The translations under genes were made by a program, and so were the position numbers. Of a DNA stretch of 32,000 nucleotides, positions 28,045 to 32,000 are shown in pieces. The notes under the pieces were generated by a model. That model saw nothing but the letters and a program-made list of their open reading frames with translations, did no database searches and was not told where the DNA came from. The stretch is taken from positions 360,001 to 392,000 of the forward strand of contig NZ_CP066018.1 in NCBI RefSeq assembly GCF_016127575.1, written 5' to 3'. Every line of letters begins with the position of its first letter. Within the stretch, counting starts at the first letter, position 1. The stretch comes from Cupriavidus necator (GTDB lineage Bacteria; Pseudomonadota; Gammaproteobacteria; Burkholderiales; Burkholderiaceae).

Positions 28045-29019
28045 ATGGTGCAAGCAATCCGATCTGCCCGCGGGTATTTGTCGAAGACCGCGCAACTGAC
28101 GCAATGGCTGCGCCGCAGCCCTGACAGCGACAGCGCCGCGCCGCTGACCGCCTTCATGGCGCCGGCCCTGGATGCCGCGCTGGCACCCCAGCGCGAACAG
28201 CAGCAGACCTACCCGCCCGAGCCGCACCCGATCCAGCGCTACCGCGCCATCTGGCTGTCGGACATCCACCTGGGCACGCCCGGCTGCCAGGCCAACTACC
28301 TGCTGGACTTCCTCAAGCACAACGAATCCGACCAGCTCTACCTGGTCGGCGACATCATCGACGGCTGGCAGCTGCGCCGCGGCTGGTACTGGCCGCAAAG
28401 CCACAACGACGTGGTGCAGAAGCTGCTGCGCAAGGCGCGCAAGGGCACTGAAGTGATCTACGTTCCCGGCAACCACGACGAGGCCGCGCGCCAGTTCGAC
28501 GGCATGGCCTTCGGCGACATCACCGTGCGCGAAGAGGCGGTGCATGTCACCGCCTCCGGGCGCCGGCTGTGGGTGGTGCACGGCGACCTGTTCGACGGCG
28601 TGGTGCAGCACGCGCGCTGGCTGGCCTACCTCGGCGATTCGCTGTACACGGTGATCCTGGCGCTGAACCGCCACTTCAACCGGCTGCGCGCGCGCCTGGG
28701 CTTCCCGTACTGGTCGCTGTCGCAGTTCCTCAAGCACCAGGTCAAGAACGCGGTCAACTACATCGGCGCGTTCGAGAGCGCGATGGTCGATGAAGCGCGC
28801 CGCCGCGGCTGCGATGGCGTGGTCTGCGGCCATATCCACAAGGCCGAGATCCGCGAGGTCAATGGCCAGCTCTACTGCAACGACGGCGACTGGGTCGAAA
28901 GCCTGTCGGCACTGGTCGAGACCATGGAAGGCGAGCTGAAGATCGTCTACTGGACCACGCTGCTGGACGCGCCGGCCCCGGCCACGCGCCGCCGTCGCCG
29001 CGCCGCCGTGGCGGGCTGA
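28045..29019 (+). CDS. LpxH-like calcineurin-type metallophosphoesterase (UDP-2,3-diacylglucosamine diphosphatase family paralog)
   Basis: Metallophosphoesterase motifs are present in order: LSDIHLG, LVGDIIDGW, VPGNHDE, VVHGDLFD, CGHIHKAE. The start is uncertain. The ATG at 28045 gives 324 aa and the ATG at 28156 gives 287 aa; neither has a good SD. Confidence 0.8.
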   Translation: MVQAIRSARGYLSKTAQLTQWLRRSPDSDSAAPLTAFMAPALDAALAPQREQQQTYPPEPHPIQRYRAIWLSDIHLGTPGCQANYLLDFLKHNESDQLYLVGDIIDGWQLRRGWYWPQSHNDVVQKLLRKARKGTEVIYVPGNHDEAARQFDGMAFGDITVREEAVHVTASGRRLWVVHGDLFDGVVQHARWLAYLGDSLYTVILALNRHFNRLRARLGFPYWSLSQFLKHQVKNAVNYIGAFESAMVDEARRRGCDGVVCGHIHKAEIREVNGQLYCNDGDWVESLSALVETMEGELKIVYWTTLLDAPAPATRRRRRAAVAG

Positions 29020-29080
29020 TCCCGGCCTGCCACCGTTTGCCCCAACCGCATTGCCCTTCCACCGCGCCCGAGGAGGCTGC

Positions 29081-30202
29081 ATGAAGATCCTGATCGTCAC
29101 CGATGCCTGGGAACCGCAGGTCAACGGCGTGGTGCGCACGCTCAAGTCCACGCGCCGCGAACTCGAGGCCATGGGCCACACGGTCGACATGATCACGCCG
29201 CTGGAATTCCGCACCGTGCCGTGCCCGACCTACCCCGAGATCCGCCTGTCGCTGTTCCCGGCGGCGCGCGTGCAGCGCCGCATCGAGGCCTTCGCTCCGG
29301 ATGCCTTGCATATCGCCACCGAAGGGCCGCTGGGCCTGGCCGCGCGGCGCCACGCGCTCCGCCGCCGGCTGCCCTTCACCACCGCCTACCACACGCGCTT
29401 TCCGGAATACGTGCAGGCGCGCTTCGGTATCCCGCTGGCATGGACGTACCGCTTCCTGCGCTGGTTCCACGGCCAGGCCCAGGCGGTGATGGCGCCCACC
29501 CCGGTGGTGCTGGACGACCTGCGGCGCAATGGCATCACCAACGCCGTGCTGTGGACGCGCGGCGTGGACCTGGACGTGTTCACGCTGCAGCGCCCCAACG
29601 TGCTCAACACCGCCCACCCGATCTTCCTGTACGTGGGCCGCGTGGCGGTGGAAAAGAACGTCGAGGCCTTCCTGGCGCTGGACCTGCCCGGCTCCAAGTG
29701 GGTGGTCGGCGACGGCCCGGCGCTGCCGGCGCTGCGCGCGCGCTATCCGGGCGCCAACTACCTGGGCGTGCTGAGCCAGCCCGAGCTGGCCCGGGTGTAT
29801 GCTTCGGCTGATGTGTTCGTGTTCCCGAGCCGTACCGACACCTTCGGGCTGGTGCTGCTGGAAGCGCTGGCCAGCGGGCTGCCCGTGGCCGCCTATCCGG
29901 TCACCGGCCCGATCGATGTGCTGGGCGACAGCCCCGCCGGCGCGATGCACGAAGACCTGCGCGAAGCCTGCCTGGAAGCGCTGCGCATCGACCGCGCCAC
30001 GGCACGTGCCCACGCCGAGCGGTTCTCGTGGCGCGCCGCCTCCGAGCAGTTCCTGGCCCATCTTCGGCCGTTCGCTGCCGGCAAGCCAGGCCGCGACAGC
30101 GCAGCGGCCCAACCCGCCCCGCAAAACCATGCCCAAACCCCATCCGGAACTGCCGTCCGACCCGCCTCTGCAGAGGCCGCCGCAGGCAGTCCAGAGCGCT
30201 GA
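29081..30202 (+). CDS. GT-B fold glycosyltransferase (GT4/GT1 family)
   Basis: 373 aa from the ATG at 29081 (GAGGAGG 4 nt upstream). MKILIVTDAWEPQVNGVVRTL... and the EX7E region FVFPSRTDTFGLVLLEALASGLPV are present. The last ~45 aa are low-complexity and overlap dgkA. Confidence 0.85.
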   Translation: MKILIVTDAWEPQVNGVVRTLKSTRRELEAMGHTVDMITPLEFRTVPCPTYPEIRLSLFPAARVQRRIEAFAPDALHIATEGPLGLAARRHALRRRLPFTTAYHTRFPEYVQARFGIPLAWTYRFLRWFHGQAQAVMAPTPVVLDDLRRNGITNAVLWTRGVDLDVFTLQRPNVLNTAHPIFLYVGRVAVEKNVEAFLALDLPGSKWVVGDGPALPALRARYPGANYLGVLSQPELARVYASADVFVFPSRTDTFGLVLLEALASGLPVAAYPVTGPIDVLGDSPAGAMHEDLREACLEALRIDRATARAHAERFSWRAASEQFLAHLRPFAAGKPGRDSAAAQPAPQNHAQTPSGTAVRPASAEAAAGSPER

Positions 30203-30614
30203 CTATTCGATCGAGCAGAACCCCCACAAGGCCAACCGCGGCCTGACGCGCGCCTGGCATGCGGCCATCAATTCGCTGTCGGGGCTGCGCTATGCGGTGC
30301 TCGAGGAAAGCGCGTTCCGCCAGGAGCTGACGCTGGTGGCAATCCTGGCGCCGTGGGCATTCCTGCTGCCGGTGGACGTGGTCGAGCGCATCCTGCTGCT
30401 GGGCACGCTGCTGGTGGTGCTGATCGTCGAGTTGCTCAATTCCAGCGTCGAGGCGGCAATCGACCGCATTTCGCTGGAGCGGCACAGCCTGTCCAAGCGT
30501 GCCAAGGATTTCGGCAGCGCCGCGGTAATGCTGGCGCTGGTGCTGTGCGGCGGCACCTGGGTCGCCATCGCCGGGCCGCACGTGGTGCGCTGGGTGCGGA
30601 CGCTGGCGGGCTGA
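30129..30614 (+). CDS. dgkA: Diacylglycerol kinase (prokaryotic DgkA family)
   Basis: Core aligns by eye with E. coli DgkA (GLTRAWHAAINSLSGLRYAVLEESAFRQE..., IVELLNSSVEAAIDRIS, SKRAKDFGSAAV). The only canonical start upstream of the core is the ATG at 30129, giving 161 aa with a Pro-rich extension. Confidence 0.85.
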   Translation: MPKPHPELPSDPPLQRPPQAVQSADYSIEQNPHKANRGLTRAWHAAINSLSGLRYAVLEESAFRQELTLVAILAPWAFLLPVDVVERILLLGTLLVVLIVELLNSSVEAAIDRISLERHSLSKRAKDFGSAAVMLALVLCGGTWVAIAGPHVVRWVRTLAG

Positions 30615-30653
30615 TCCGTCACTCGCCGGGGATGCCGGATGGGGTGGCCGGGC

Positions 30654-30669
30654 CGATTGCTTATAATCG
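30654..30669 (+). promoter_or_regulatory. TATAAT box embedded in an inverted repeat CGATT-N6-AATCG (candidate TetR promoter/operator)
   Basis: CGATTGCTTATAATCG contains a perfect -10 hexamer (30662-30667) inside 5-bp inverted arms, 49 nt upstream of the TetR ATG. I found no convincing -35. Confidence 0.35.
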
Positions 30670-30715
30670 CTACCCTGCCCCCGACTTACTGATCGCACCG
30701 ATCGCCCGGACGCCC

Positions 30716-31417
30716 ATGGAACCGAAACCGCAAACCGGCCCCCGCCGCACCAGGGACCGCATCCTCGACGTCTCGCTGCGCCTGTTCAACGAAGTCGGCG
30801 AACCCAACGTCACCACCACGACGATTGCGGAAGCCATGGAGATCAGCCCCGGCAATCTCTACTACCACTTCCGCAACAAGGACGACATCATCAACTCCAT
30901 CTTCGTGCGCTTCGAGCAGGAGATGGAGCGGCGCCTGAAGATGCCGGACGACCACAAGGCCACGCTGGACGAAAGCTGGGGCTACCTGCAGTACATGTCC
31001 GAGTTCCTGTGGAACTACCGCTTCCTGTACCGCGACATCAACGACCTGCTGGCGCGCAACCGGATGCTGGAGACCAACTTCAAGCGCATCGTCGAGCAGA
31101 AGAAGCGCTTTGCGCACGAGATCTGCCGCCAGTTCATCGACGACGGCGAGATGGAAGCCACGCCCGAGCAGGTCGAGGCCATCTGCACCAACATGGTGGT
31201 GATCGCCACCTACTGGCTGTCGTTCCAGTTCGTGCAGCATCCGCGCCAGTACAACGACCCCGAGCAGATTCGCGGCTACCTGCACGGATCGAGCTACCAC
31301 ATCTTCTCGATCCTGGCGCCCTACCTGCGCGGCCGGGCCCGGGACGCATTCGACCAGCTGGCGCGCGACTACGCGGCAGCCAAGGCCGCAGCCGACGCGG
31401 CAAAGGAAGCAAAGTGA
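30716..31417 (+). CDS. TetR/AcrR family transcriptional regulator
   Basis: 233 aa from the ATG at 30716. N-terminal HTH RTRDRILDVSLRLFNEVGEPNVTTTTIAEAMEISPGNLYYHFRNKDDII, with a helical C-terminal ligand domain. Confidence 0.85.
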   Translation: MEPKPQTGPRRTRDRILDVSLRLFNEVGEPNVTTTTIAEAMEISPGNLYYHFRNKDDIINSIFVRFEQEMERRLKMPDDHKATLDESWGYLQYMSEFLWNYRFLYRDINDLLARNRMLETNFKRIVEQKKRFAHEICRQFIDDGEMEATPEQVEAICTNMVVIATYWLSFQFVQHPRQYNDPEQIRGYLHGSSYHIFSILAPYLRGRARDAFDQLARDYAAAKAAADAAKEAK

Positions 31418-32000
31418 AATCGGTCTGCGTGTATTGCGGCTCCAGCCCCGGCAACCGTCCCGAATACGCCGAAGGCGCGCGCCTGCTAGGCCGCACGCTG
31501 GCCGAAAGCGGCCTGGCGCTGGTGTACGGCGGCGGCAAGGTGGGCCTGATGGGCATCGTCGCCGACGCCGTGATGGAACATGGCGGCAGCGCCATCGGCA
31601 TCATCCCCGACGCGCTGATGCAGAAGGAAGTGGGCCACCGCGGCCTGACCGAGCTGCACGTGGTGCGCAACATGCACGAGCGCAAGCAGATGATGGCGGA
31701 CCGTGCCGACGCCTTTATCGCCATGCCGGGCGGCGTGGGCACCTTCGAAGAGCTGTTCGAGACCTTCACCTGGCTGCAGCTGGGCTACCACGACAAGCCG
31801 GTGGGCCTGCTGAATGTCAACGGGTTCTACGACGGCCTGCTGGGTTTCCTTGCGCACGCAGTGCGGGAAGGCTTCATGAAGCAGGTGCATGCCGACCTGC
31901 TGCATGTGGCAGACACGCCCGCCGGCCTGCTGGGCCAGCTGGGCCAGCTGGCGGCCGCTCCGCGCGTGCGCGTCGACAAGTGGCAACAGGCGCGCGACAA
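31414..32000 (+). CDS. LOG family protein (cytokinin riboside 5'-monophosphate phosphoribohydrolase-like); 3' end beyond the window
   Basis: Absent from the ORF track because it has no stop in the window. The GTG at 31414 overlaps the TetR stop (GTGA). Translation: VKSVCVYCGSSPGNRPEYAEGARLLGRTLAESGLALVYGGGKVGLMGIVADAV...AFIAMPGGVGTFEELFETFTWLQLGYHDKPVGLLNVNGFY. It carries the LOG hallmarks GGGxxGLM and PGGxGTxxE. Confidence 0.85.
   Translation, partial: MKSVCVYCGSSPGNRPEYAEGARLLGRTLAESGLALVYGGGKVGLMGIVADAVMEHGGSAIGIIPDALMQKEVGHRGLTELHVVRNMHERKQMMADRADAFIAMPGGVGTFEELFETFTWLQLGYHDKPVGLLNVNGFYDGLLGFLAHAVREGFMKQVHADLLHVADTPAGLLGQLGQLAAAPRVRVDKWQQARD

Overview
This is a high-GC betaproteobacterial core-chromosome segment. 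Gene order and protein sequences look Burkholderiaceae-like (Cupriavidus/Ralstonia type), but I cannot confirm that without a database search. All product calls come from recognising conserved motifs by eye, not from searches.

Positions 1-24136 are almost entirely minus-strand housekeeping genes:
- nuoA-B-C-D-E-F-G-H plus the 5' part of nuoI (complex I)
- secG followed by tRNA-Leu(GAG)
- tpiA, a PIG3-type quinone oxidoreductase, pnp and rpsO
- an orphan Leu/Ile/Val-type periplasmic binding protein, and one plus-strand lipoprotein
- leuA, a BON-LysM protein, pssA-psd and ilvI-ilvH-ilvC

From 24516 to the right edge everything is plus-strand:
- an ECF sigma factor coupled to DUF3619-like, DUF3106-like and RDD proteins
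- a membrane-anchored GxSxG hydrolase, an LpxH-like metallophosphoesterase, a GT4-type glycosyltransferase and dgkA
- a TetR regulator and a LOG-family gene that runs off the edge

I see no mobile elements, CRISPR, toxin-antitoxin genes or recognisable defence genes. Every gap over 100 nt looks like a leader, promoter or terminator region. The very long extra ORFs in the track are antisense artefacts of high GC. I therefore do not think the window hides a large novel gene system.

The best leads are:
1. A candidate leucine attenuator upstream of leuA. It has a near-leaderless 26-codon ORF whose four Leu codons are all rare CTA, followed by an intrinsic terminator.
2. The poorly understood ECF sigma/DUF3619/DUF3106/RDD module, followed on the same strand by lipid enzymes (lipase-like hydrolase, LpxH paralog, GT4, DgkA).
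3. Several unusually structured intergenic RNAs: the rpsO-pnp leader, the nuoD-nuoE spacer and the ilvC-psd rod hairpin.
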